A stretch of 64,000 nt of DNA, taken from the NCBI RefSeq assembly GCF_001194135.2, contig NC_069001.1, forward strand, positions 32,551,529 through 32,615,528. The letters run 5' to 3'. Shown piece by piece: positions 12,166-23,536 of the stretch. Below the pieces are notes generated by a model that was not told where the DNA came from, ran no database searches, and saw nothing but the letters and a program-made list of their open reading frames with translations. The stretch is from Octopus bimaculoides. Its lineage: Eukaryota. Position numbers and translations under genes: made by a program. The stretch's first letter is position 1, and every line of letters begins with the position of its first letter.

Positions 12166-14332
12166 TATGAACAAAACAAGGAAGTCTGTTTGATTAAGGT
12201 TGTAATGTCTTTGATCATCAATTTGTTCAATACTGGCTGACCTGGGGTTATACTATTGCTTACTCATTACTCTTGCCTCTTTATTACTTCTCCTTCTGTT
12301 ATGCTTCTCTCATTAATTAAAATACATGAATTACCATACTCATCATTGTTTCATTCTGAGCAACACTGGCTCTATGTACTTCCTTCACTTCTCTTCTATA
12401 ATTATGTATTGTACAGTATCATGCAGTATCCTCCATCTCTTTAATTTCTATGATTTAAACAATACTAGATTCGCCAATCCCTGATTGTGCACAGTAGCCC
12501 TTCCCCTAAAGACAAGAAAAATCATAAAAATGAATCTCAATGTCTCTTTGTGTACTGTACATATTCAGTGCCTCAATCTCGTCCGTAGATGATAGTATAG
12601 CAGTTTGTTGTCTGATAACATTTAACATATGCCTGTATATACATAATGTTCTCCTTGACCTAAACGGATAAAGTCATTGACTAGGTACATGAAGGACACT
12701 CACAATTGGTTGTTTTTCTGACTTAATGTAAAAAAAAGTGACATAACCAGCATCCAACATGACGGTAATTTTTCTTTCCTTTTTAAGAATTCTTTTTTTC
12801 TTGCTTTTAGTTAAAATGAACGTTCTCTGTTCTAATGTGATTTGTCAGTAGTTTGTATAAGGGAACATTATGAAAACCTATTTAAATAATTTATTTCCAC
12901 TATTAGTCTTTTTATTACTATATCTCTAATGAAATGCAGACTGTTTCAGTTAATTTTTAAATAATTGAAAATTTGGAAAAATTATTATTATTAATAAGCT
13001 TACATTTTTCCAGCTCTTTGTATTCTGAGTTCAAATTCCACTGAGGTCAACTTAGCTTTTCAACCAGTGTTGGTGTGTTTATGCTCCTGTAACTTAGTGG
13101 TTTGGCAAAAGAGACTGATAGTATAAATAACAGGCTTAAAAAAAAAACCCAGTAAGTACTGGGGTCGATTCATTTGATTAAAAATTCTTCAGTGTGGTGC
13201 CCCAGCATGGCCACAGTCTAATGACTGAAACCAGTAAAAGGTAATCCAACACCACTGCAAGTGGTGGTAGGGACAAGACAAACACAATACAAAGACACAC
13301 CCACATACGATGGACTTTTTCACAGATTCCATGTACTGAATTCACTCATAAGGCATTAGCTGGCCTTGGGCTATAGTAGAAAACACTTGCCCAAGGTGCT
13401 CGGCAATGGGACTGAACTCAAAACCATATGGTTTGCAAAGTGAGCTCCTTAACCTCACAGCCATACTGTGCCCAGACATTTCTATCTTGTCAGCAGTATA
13501 CCCCGGTAAGCTGTAGTGTCAATGTATAATCCATGCATATTTGTTATGTACCTTGTTGATTTTCTTATGAGCAACACTTCACTTAGCTGAGTTAGTTATG
13601 CCCTGTGATGGTGAAAGAGAAGCCATGTTGATGACTCGACCATCACTAGTACTCTTAATTCCAATACTCTTTTCATGTTGCATTGTGCTGTCTCATCAGA
13701 AAACCACATGCAATATTATTTGCCTGAAGAGGGTGGCGTTGTTAAGGACAATATTAGTGGGGTTTCCTATAAGACTTGAAACCTGAGATCACAGTGTTTG
13801 AGTTTTGTCTATGAATCATAATTTTTTGTAAGTTAGTAAGCAGAATGTACTGAAGTCATAGTTGAGTTTGAAAAAAAAAAGTCTTGAATAAATAAGAAAA
13901 AAGTGTTTTGGATTACTAACTCCATGTGTTAAAACTATTTCATGATACATTTTTTTTTTATTTAAAACCTATTTTTTTTTCTTCAGTTTAAAAACTATTT
14001 CCTTTCTTCAGTTTTTGGGAGATAGTTTAAATAAATTAATAAGAATGTATTACTGGTATTGTTGTTTTTTTTTTTTGTGAATAAGCATAGGCATGGTTGT
14101 GTGGGAAGAAGTTTGTTTCCCAACCACATGGTTTCAGGTTCCGTCCCAATGCATGGCACCTCAGGCAGGTGTCTTCTACTATAGCCTCAGGCTGACCAAA
14201 ACCTTGTGAGTGAATTTGGTAGACTAAAAAGAAGCCTATTGTGTATGTAACTACACATGAACTGTCGGCGATTTTTTTTTTTTTTTTTCTTTCCTCCTCC
14301 TTCCTTTTCCTTTGGACTTTCCTATGTTTCCT

Positions 14333-14368
14333 GTTTCTGAAGATGAGCTATGCTCGAAATGTAAATCA
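14333..14368 (+). ncRNA. Minimal type-I hammerhead-ribozyme-like motif of a Penelope-like pseudo-LTR (degenerate)
   Basis: gttt-CTGAAGA-t-GAGC-tat-GCTC-GAAA-t-GTA-aatc: catalytic core boxes, 4-bp stem II, GUA triplet and partial stem I. Confidence 0.5.
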
Positions 14369-14903
14369 ACCACTTTTTTCCTTCTCTGGGCGTCTTATTA
14401 ATACTTTCTATGTGCTACATCCTCATGTTGTTGTGTTTTTTTCTTGTCTTTTTCTCTATTTTTTGGATTACACACACACACACACATAGGTAAAAAATTA
14501 AGGAGTGCGTGGGTTACATAAATAATATTTTCAAGATTAAATAAAAAGATAACAAACGGAAAATATGACCTACTTATATATATAATTAAAAAATAAACAA
14601 ACGAACATATACTAAATACACAGATGGACAGAAAACTCAGGATGCCTCGCATGATAGTTGTAAGTACATATCACTGCCATGCAAGCAGTGTTCTTCATCT
14701 CCAATCTTCAGAGATGTGTCTTGTTACTGGGAAACATTATCTCACTCGATAACAGGAAGGGCATCTGCCTGTAGAAAATCAACCTCAACAAACTCTGCCC
14801 AATCCATGCTAGTTTGGAAAAGTGGATGTTAAAATGCTGCTGAGGAAGATAATGAACTTGTGAGATTTTAATATAGAACAGTAAGGTACTGAACTAGTTA
14901 CAA

Positions 14904-15236
14904 CAGGGGTTCTCAATCATTTTTTTATCTACAGACCCCTTTGAATACTATTTTATTCTGGTGGATCCTCATACCCATTCAATGTTTAAAAACTAGTTTT
15001 ATAGAAACGTTTTTCGAAATTTTTATTTTGTTTTTGTTTTTCACACATTAACATGTGTAGGTTGAACTATGTAAAATGTTAGGGAAAGAAACCTAATACA
15101 TACATCTAAAGCCAAATATTTTCAGGGGTCCTTCAAATTCTATTGTGGATCCCTAATTTACTATTTTGTTACATGGACTCCCAAAAATCTTATATGGACT
15201 CTTAGGGACCAATTAGACTCCAGTTGAGAACCACTG
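14904..15236. mobile_element. hAT (Charlie-like) MITE
   Basis: TIRs CAGGGGTTCTCAA / TTGAGAACCACTG; flanking 8-mers AGTTACAA and AGTTATAG (6/8 match, decayed 8-bp TSD). Confidence 0.8.
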
Positions 15237-16024
15237 AGTTATAGTGATGTATTCAGTCTAGTGTCTGGTTGTCTTGGTTACTTCCACTGCCATCAAGATA
15301 CTAAATATTAGTGAAATGTAATCTAGTTTGGCCTATATCCTGCTTATTTTTTAGTAACGTTAATTTGATCATTTCTAGGAATATTCCTTTCAAAAACATC
15401 CGTTGTATAACATTTCAAGTGTAAACTATGCTAAATATCATGTGGATTTGCTTGCTCTACTTGTGCTGCTCCTATAGTTGCATTATTTTCCTCTCATCAG
15501 CACCCAAATATGTTTGAATTTCTCAGAATTCACTGCAACTGTACTGAACATTTTACCCAATCATTATTGCATTCTGGAACTCCTTTCCTCTTCCTACAGC
15601 TTTTTAAATTGAGTGGGTCATCAGGACTCCTCTGAAACGCTTACTAATGAAACATTCATGTTAACTCTGCAGTGCTGCTGCTTCGTTTAGTTTCTCTGTA
15701 TTGAGTTGATAATTATTTACTGTGAAATATGCATTTAGCCATTTGAGAGATAATTATCATGGCTTGCAGGCGAGCTGTATGATAAGAACTTGATTCACAA
15801 TCACATGGTTTTGGATTCAGTGGTACTGTGTGACCACTTGGACAAGTGTCTTCTACTATAGCCTTAGACCAACCAAAGCCTTGTAAGTAGATTTGGCAGA
15901 TGGGAACTGAAAGAAACTTGCTGGATGTGAGTGTGTGTGTGTGGATGTACAGAGTGGCCCAAAAGTGTGTATGTATAAGAGGTATGGGCTGTGCATTTGT
16001 ATTTGGTTGGTAAGATTAGCAATG

Positions 16025-16129
<105 letters not shown>

Positions 16130-16599
16130 GAGTGTGTATGTGTTTGCATGTACTTACATATTGTGTGGCATACGTTAAATGTGTGTGTATGTAGGTGCAT
16201 GCGTGTGCAATGATTGATCAACATTGCTTTGGTTGATAAACAAATTCTTTTTATAGTAGAGTGCTGTTAATATGATGCCAATGTTTTCATTTGAAAGTAA
16301 TCGCAATTATTTGCTTGTTCAGTTATTCAAACTACAATTGGCTAATTGTGAATACATTTTCATGAAACCATTGATATTGTATTAAGAGCACTCTACTCTT
16401 AAAAAGATACTCACTCTCACAGACACACACAAACACACACGCGTATATATGTCTGTAGCTGTCTTCTTTAAATCCAGCACTTTAGGCTTAGGCTATATGT
16501 ATATGTGTGTGTGTATATATATATATATACACACACACACACCTAAATGTCAAACGATGCAAATGAGTGCTCCACACCGCATTCTTTCTTTCCTTTACT

Positions 16600-16982
16600 T
16601 ATTTCAGTCATGACTTGTGGTCATGCTGGAGCACCACTTGTAGTCGAAGAAATCGACCCCAGGACTTATTCTTTGTAAGCTTAGTACTTATTCTATCGGT
16701 GCCTTTTTGCCGAACTTCTAAGTGTCGGGATGTAAATACACTATTGGTTGTCAAGCGATGGTGGGAGAGGTAAACATAGACGCAAATACATACATACACA
16801 CATACATATATATATGTATATACGATGGGCTTTTCTCAGTTTCCATCTACCAAATCCACTCATAAGGCTTTGGTCGGCTTGAGGCTATAGTAGAAGATAC
16901 TTGTCCAAGGTGCCACGCAGTGGGACTGAACCCTGAATCATGTGGTTGGGAAGCAAGCTTCTTACCATACAGCCACTCCTGG
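16600..16982 (-). mobile_element. SINE family A, full length, well preserved
   Basis: TTTCAGTCATGACTTGTGGTCATGCTGGAGCACC ... CAAGGTGCCACGCAGTGGGACTGAACCC ... CTTCTTACCATACAGCCACTCC. Confidence 0.85.
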
Positions 16983-18625
16983 TTATAATTTTTTTATTTG
17001 TGGATTAATGCTACCATTGGTTTTATGTTAAGAAAAGTAGGAAAATATACTAGTATCTTAATTTTTCAAGCCAATCATGTGGAGAAAGGTGTTTGCCTCA
17101 ATTTTGGAAAACACAGCCTCGTTTAGATCATGGGGGTTCTCATAAATTCACATGAATAAAACAATGAATCAAAGGACATATATATATATGTGTTTGTGTG
17201 TGTGTGTGTATAATCTGGGCTTGAAGTATCAGAGTTGAAGAAAATGAAATATTGTCACATAACTAAGAAATTCTAACTAGTGGGTGTTGTTTAAACTCAC
17301 GATCCTGATCAAGAGAATCTCTGATCAGCCATTCCTGCTATAACCATTTCACCTTTTTATGAGTATCTTGGACATTTTGTAATGTGTCCATTTTTTTTTT
17401 AAAGGTAGCAATGTGTGGTTGTAGGGTGATAGGACTACTCTTTCTAGGTGGCTCAGTGATCGCATAGTTTCCCCTCATTGGCCCACCCGTTTTGCTAAGC
17501 TTAGCAAGCAGTGTTCAAGCAGGATATGTTGTGATATCTCAAACAAACTGACTGACTGCACCCTGGACTATAGGATTACTATAGGATTACTTTGACTTCC
17601 GGGGGGTAAATACCTTCTCTTAGCTGCAATTCCCCCCAGTATACAAACACATGAAAGGAGATTCATTTACATTTGTCCTATCCATTTTTAAAATTTAATT
17701 TACTGCACACTTGAGCAAAGTGCTGCTTGAAAGTCCATGGATCTGCCTCCAATTGATTAGTATTTGCTTCTGATGATTGTGTTAATGATATGTTAACAGA
17801 ATACCAGAATGAAGATTGCTCTACATAACATTATTCTCTTAGTCATAGGATTCCAAATCTCATTTTTTTCAATATATATCATTGGAATAATTTTATGAGA
17901 TTATTTTGTATATTTTAAGGTATTATTTATATTTCAGGCATAATTTATAATTTAGGTGCAGGCATGGCTGTGTGGTTAAGAAGCTTCTTAACCAAGTGGT
18001 CCTGGGTTCAGAACTTCTGTGCAACCCCTGGGGCAAGTGTCTTTTATTGGGCTAGCCAAAACCCTGTCAGATGGGGGATGAAGGAAGCCAGCTGCACTTG
18101 TGTGTGTGTGTAGTTATATGTATGTATGCATGCATGTGTGTGTGAACCGTTGTCTTGACATCATGTGATGATTGTAAATGAGCATCACTGTCATACAAGT
18201 GAGGTTGTTCATTTCCAGTCTTTCATGAAAACATGTCTGGCCATGGGGCAATATTACCTTGCTTGGAAACAGGTGAGGATTGACAGTAGGAAGAGTATCT
18301 GGCCTTAGAAAATCTACTGCAACAAATTTTGTCTGACTTCTGCAAACATAGAACAGTGGGCGTTGTCTGACAATGATAATGATTTTTGTTTTTGTTTTTT
18401 TTCTTTAGAATCAAAGCTATTTTAATTTTTGACTTGTAGAAAGTTGGATGGTAAGAATTTTGTATAATCAGGAAAGGTTTAAATACTTTGATATTTTAGC
18501 ATTTCTCAGTATTTTCTCAATTATTTCTCAGTATAAGGTTTAATCAAATTCTTTTCCAAAATTTTGCTTTGATAGGCAATGTTAATATTTGTTTAATTTT
18601 TTTTTCTTCTTTGTTTTCCTCCCAG

Positions 18626-18709
18626 GTGTAAAAGAAATGATGGAATATTGAGATATTCATAGTAGCTTTTTAATAGCAGTGTTGTGGCTCTGGTCTTGAG
18701 AAAAGAAAA
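18626..18709 (+). other. 5'-UTR part of the ENTH exon (exon 18626-19198, 573 nt)
   Basis: A long polypyrimidine tract ending tttcctcccAG at 18624-18625 precedes it; in-frame stops lie upstream of the ATG. This implies at least one upstream non-coding exon. Confidence 0.8.
18637..18651 (+). other. Upstream ORF M-M-E-Y-stop in the epsin 5' UTR
   Basis: ATG ATG GAA TAT TGA, ending 58 nt before the main ATG; the second ATG has A at -3 and G at +4. Confidence 0.7.
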
Positions 18710-19198
18710 ATGCCAACCATTCGACGAACAATTAAAAATGTTGTTTGGAATTACTCAGATGCCCAGATCAAAGTTCGGGAAGCGACATCAAATGACCCAT
18801 GGGGACCTTCAAGTACACTGATGTCTGAGATAGCCGATCTAACTTACAATGTTGTTGCCTTCACAGAAATTATGCAAATGATCTGGAAGCGGTTAAACGA
18901 TCATGGGAAGAACTGGAGACATGTTTATAAATCTTTAGTGCTATTGGATTATATTATTAAAACTGGGAGTGAAAAGGTAGCTCAGCAGTGTAAAGAAAAT
19001 GTTTATGCAATTCAGACTTTAAAAGACTTTCAATATACTGAGGACAACAAAGACCAAGGTATGAATGTACGAGAGAAAGCCAAACAATTAGTATCACTTT
19101 TGAAAGACGATGAACGACTACGAAATGAACGTGCAAAAGCATTGAAAGCTAAAGAAAGATTTGCACAAAATGCCATGGGTATTGGAAGTAATAATAAG
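18710..19198 (+). CDS. EPN: Epsin (EPN1/2/3, liquid facets-type), first coding exon: complete ENTH domain; CDS continues in downstream exons not identified here
   Basis: Translation MPTIRRTIKNVVWNYSDAQIKVREATSNDPWGPSSTLMSEIADLTYNVVAF...KRLNDHGKNWRHVYKSLVLLDYIIKTGSEKVAQQCKEN...DQGMNVREKAKQL...ERFAQ matches canonical epsin rather than epsinR/CLINT1. The PIP2-binding residues of rat epsin 1 (R7,R8,K11,R25,N30,R63,K69,H73) are all present at offset -2. Homology ends at a strong phase-0 donor AAG|GTAAGA (19198/19199), 163 codons. Confidence 0.97.
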
Positions 19199-19448
19199 GT
19201 AAGAAGACCATTTGCTGGTTATTTTCTTCATGTATTTCTTTTCTGAGGTTTACAGAAGTACTACTGTTTCAAATCAAAGATTTTCTTCAGAAATTGAAGA
19301 AAACCTTTGTAATACATTAGTAAATCTGTAAATTTCTTAAATGAAATAATCACTCTCCATTCATGGATTGAGTCCTTTATATCTAATGGATCTTCTTGAT
19401 CTTTGGATTGACTAAAGAAATATGCATCAAACCACTGATATTAAAATG

Positions 19449-19515
19449 TGTAACACTAAAGGTATACAAATTGGTAGCGCCAGTTCTCTATTGCTACTAG
19501 ATTTGATGAGCATAT
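19449..19515 (+). mobile_element. Penelope-like element GIY-YIG endonuclease relic
   Basis: Frameshifted peptides CNTK / VY / IGSAS / SIATRFDEH resemble the PLE C..C...YIG.T.R.L.TR..EH motif and sit about 50 nt upstream of a hammerhead core. Three frameshifts are required. Confidence 0.45.
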
Positions 19516-19560
19516 AAACAGAATGGTTACTTGTTTCTCTGGGATTGGTCAAGTGATGTA

Positions 19561-19608
19561 GACACCTGATGAGATCCCAATAAGGGTCGAAAGTTGATTA
19601 AGGCTGTT
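19561..19608 (+). ncRNA. Hammerhead-ribozyme-like motif (degenerate), Penelope-associated
   Basis: CTGATGA (19566-72), GATCC-caataa-GGGTC 5-bp stem II, GAAA (19589-92), then GTTGATTA, readable as a decayed palindromic GTCGACTA stem III and cleavage triplet. Stem I is poorly paired. Confidence 0.5.
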
Positions 19609-20985
19609 TATCATTTTTTTCAGTCTACAGAGAAATTGGTAGAATTGATGTTTGTATATCTATTACATAGGCTTACATTTATATTTAATGTATATATGAA
19701 TAAGACGACTGTGAATTGTCTGAAATGTTTTGCTGCTTCAGTTTAGAATTCTTTGTTCCAAAATAACAAGAAGGAACAAAATATAACAATCAAATTTGAT
19801 AATTAAATGAAACTATCGTAGCTTCTATCTACTTGTCTTTATTTCTGTGCAATAGGTGTGAATTCATCTTATGAGGTGAATTTGAGAATGAAATAAAATT
19901 TTCGTAATATGAAGTACCTTCTGGAAAAACAGACTAAACACTCTGTTTCACATTAACCTATGATTCAATGATAAATCAATAGATATATTTTATGTGTGTG
20001 TTAAAGCAGAAAAATATTGCTCTGTCATCTTGTAATACATGTCAGGGAAATGAATGTGTGTGTATCTAAGATTTTATGTAAATAACTTACTGAGTTGATG
20101 GTTTCAGTTTAGTAGTAATGTTCGTACTGTCCCTGGTACAGTTCATAGTAGTTAGTAACACTCAAGAATAACTAAAGCTTCTGTTTGTTTATTTTATTGG
20201 ATTGGTTTAGAGGTATGGTTTGTGCCCATGGCCTCTCAATATCAGGGTTCAAACATTGAGACTGATGTGGTTAATCTTTCTTGTGATTGATGACTCTTGG
20301 TTCAAATTTCTTGTGATGACTCTTGGTTCAAATTGATGACTGCAAGAAAAACATAGGTAAGGATGAAATTCCAGAGAGTTGAGGTTCTGGGAAGGAAAGA
20401 CTTAGTATACTGCTTAATGCAGGTCCTTGAAGAGTCGGCACAATAGTGATGGGTGGAGGGTGCTTGAATTGACATGATAATCTCTGTTTGGAGGTTGTAG
20501 GAGAGCAGTTATCTTTTGAGGAACAGAGGCCAACATGGTAACAGTATAAAAAGCAGAGCAAGAGGAAACAGCATCTTTGTTGGTCAGTGTGTATTGACAA
20601 GTGGCTTTATGAACAATGTGTTGTGTGGCCTTTTCTGTGATGGATAGTTGTAGAAATTTCACCGAGGTCAATAAATTGAGTACCAGTTGCGTATTGGAGT
20701 CGATCTAATCGACTGGCCCCCTCCCCCAAAATTTCAGGCCTTGTGCCTAGAGTAGAAAATAATATTAGTAATTGAAGAGTGTACTGTCAGCTGACAACTG
20801 CTTAGTGAGTTATAATGAAACTAAGACCTAAATACACATATGTCTGTCTGCCTCTCTCTCTCTCTCTCTCTTACTATCTCTATCTCTCACATATATATTA
20901 AGTTAGCATTTACATTTTGGTATTATGGTGAATTCTTGTTACTAATTAATGGAGTCTATTGATGATCTGACAAACCTTTTGTTTT

Positions 20986-21020
<35 letters not shown>

Positions 21021-21859
21021 ATTCTAGTCTCTAGTATAACTGAATAAATGGAGAAGTAGCAGATGGATGGCTCAATAGAACTGACTTTTTAGTTGGTGCT
21101 AGATTAATATATTTTCTCATAGGACAACTAACCTACACTTGTAACACTTCCTCTCCATTCAAACTGTGTCAGTATTAGAATTAGCTGAATTAACTCTAAA
21201 CAGTCTATTGTAGCCTTGCTTTACAACCCAAATTTTCTCTTCTCTTTAAAATATCAGACTAAAATATTTATCCACTTTTATTATTAATTTCATGTGAAAT
21301 ATAAGTATAATATTTTCTCAAGAATTATACAGTTGATCTCTATTTAAATTGAGACAAGATGCTTAGTGGTCATGCGACTAATGTGCTATTGCTAATGTTA
21401 TTGACCATGAGGACACCAATCAAAAGCTTGTTTAATTTAGATAAGGACATTGCTGTTGTACTTATGCTCTCTTAAGTAAGCCACATTATTTTGCTTGCTC
21501 CAGTCTATCTAAAAATACATTCTAAGAAGAAAGTAGCCTGCACTCATGAAATAAAAACTGCCCTGTCAGTCCGGATGTATGAAGTCTGGTTTGATTTCAA
21601 GGCAGGAATAAGGGAAAACATGTCATGTTAAAATGAATGTAAAAGTGTTAAAATAATAATCTAAACAAACATTCTTTTAAATACTGGATGGGCACAGGCA
21701 TGGCTGCCCAACTATGTGGGTTCAGTCCCACTGTATGGCCCCTTGGGCAAGTGTCTGCAGCAGTCGCCCTTGGTTGAATAAAGCATTGTGAGTGAATATG
21801 ATAGATGGGAACTGAAAGATTCCCATCATGTTTGTGTGTGTGACCTTGTCTAGACATCA

Positions 21860-22275
21860 AATGATGGCTGTTAAATGAACATCACTGTCATACAAGTGGT
21901 GGTGGTGGTCATTTCCAGTTTTCTGCAAAAACCTGTCCAACTGTGGTGAAATATTACCTTAGAAACAACTGAGGGTTGGTGACAGGAAGGGCATCTGACC
22001 ATAGAAAATCTACCTCAACAAAATCCCTCAGACCTGTACAAAGATGGAAAAGTGGATGTTAAATAAAAATAGATCGTATAGTTATGGTATTCGTGCCAGT
22101 GGCACGTAAAAGCACCCATTACACTCTTGGAGTCGTTGGTGTTAGGAAGGGCATCCAGCTGTAGAAACCATACCAAATCAGGCTAGATCCTGATGCAGTC
22201 CCTCAACTTACTGGCCCTGGTCAAACCATCGAACCCATGTCAGTGTGGACAATGGACGTTAAATGATGATGATGA
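21860..22275 (+). mobile_element. Two tandem family-E elements
   Basis: Both end GGA(T/C)GTTAAAT; the second has a (TGA)n tail. Confidence 0.75.
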
Positions 22276-22598
22276 ATAATAGCAATGACTAGTCTCTTTT
22301 TGTTGGATTTTTTTCTGAAAGGAATAAGATGTAGGAGATTGTAAATGTATCCTTGTTAGAATTGATGAAGAGTATTTCTGTAATACAATCAGTTGTTCTA
22401 TTTAATCCTTGAATAATAGTGTAAAGTTGAGGAGTGTTTCACAGATACACGTACCCTTAACATAATCCTCTGATAGGATCAGCATGTTGGATGGTCTTTG
22501 AATTTACTGATACAGTCATTCTAATGAGCATCTCTATAGTTTCCACCTTCCCAACTTCACTTGGAAAGTTTCGACTGACCTGAGGCTATGATAGAAGA

Positions 22599-22843
22599 GT
22601 GAAGGAACATGGCTTAGTGGTTAAAGTGTTGGACTCATGATCGTAAGTGGTTTTGGTTCCTGGACTAAGCAATGTGTTGTGTTCTTGAGCAAAACACTTC
22701 ATTTTATGTTGGTCCAGTTCACTCAGCTGGCAAAAACGAGTAATCTTGCGACAGATCGGCATCCCATCCAGGTGGGGAATATGTACGCCACTGAAATCGG
22801 GAAACTGACCCTTATGAGCCTGACATGGCTTGAGAAGGAAACG
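22599..22843 (+). mobile_element. SINE family B (short form, alternative 3' end)
   Basis: tRNA head plus CTTGAGCAAAACAC...CACTCAGCTGGCAAAAA...CCCTTATGAG...GCTTGAGAAGG; paralogues at 24847-25092 (+) and 63050-63280 (-). Confidence 0.75.
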
Positions 22844-22980
22844 TTTATGATAGAAGAAGAATAGAAGATACTTGTACTGTAGAATTTGAACCTGAGACCT
22901 CATTACTAAGTGACCTTCTCAATCATTCTGCCTGCTCTTTCCCTGTGTGTGTGTGTGTGTGTATGTGTTAATAAATTCTA

Positions 22981-23200
22981 AGGTGGTGGGCTGGCAGAAT
23001 CATTACCACTCTAGACAAAATGCTTAGTGGCGTTTCTTCTGGTTCATTATGTTCTGAGTTCAAATGCCACTGAGGTCAACTTTACCTTTCATTTTTTCAC
23101 AGTTGATAAAATAAGTACCAATTGAGTACTGGGGTCAATGTAATCAAATTAACCCCCTCCCTTCAAAGTTGCTGGCCTTGTGCCAAAATTGGAAAGGATT
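22981..23200 (+). mobile_element. tRNA-headed SINE family C
   Basis: GCTGGCAGAATC...GTTCTGAGTTCAAAT...GAGGTCAACTTT(G/A)CCTTTCAT...GATAAAATAAGTACC...ACTGGGGTC. The central block resembles the conserved domains of metazoan SINE superfamilies (Meta/Nin type, assignment unverified). Other copies near 40833, 43530, 51560. Confidence 0.75.
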
Positions 23201-23328
23201 AGTACTTTTTACATTGGATTTCTGTCCATTTCTGTGGAGGATAGGTGTGGAATGAAGAACAAGCAAAGAGTTGGAGCTTTTTAATTATAACAGTAAAGAA
23301 AAAAAAAAACTGTATTGCTATAAATATC

Positions 23329-23536
23329 TTAACCCTCTAGCATTTAAACTGGCCATGTTTGACCCAAATATTCCATATGTTTTATGCTTAAAGCAGCCAG
23401 ATGTGACTCCTCACAATTTCTCTGCATTGTCATTTTTAAGATAAGCAGTCACATCATCAAAATTTCAAAGCTATGTGGTATCACACAATGAATATGTATT
23501 ACATTGGACCGAGTAACTTGAATGCTAAAGGGTTAA
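23329..23536 (+). mobile_element. TTAA-flanked MITE family 1 (piggyBac-like), complete
   Basis: TTAA-CCCTCTAGCATT ... AATGCTAAAGGG-TTAA: TIRs starting CCC with TTAA at both ends. Confidence 0.8.

Noticed and set aside
19199-19246. C-terminal VRRPFAGYFLHVFLF of the 178-aa ORF as normal epsin sequence
   Set aside because: It begins exactly at a consensus GT donor and has no epsin similarity; intron read-through.
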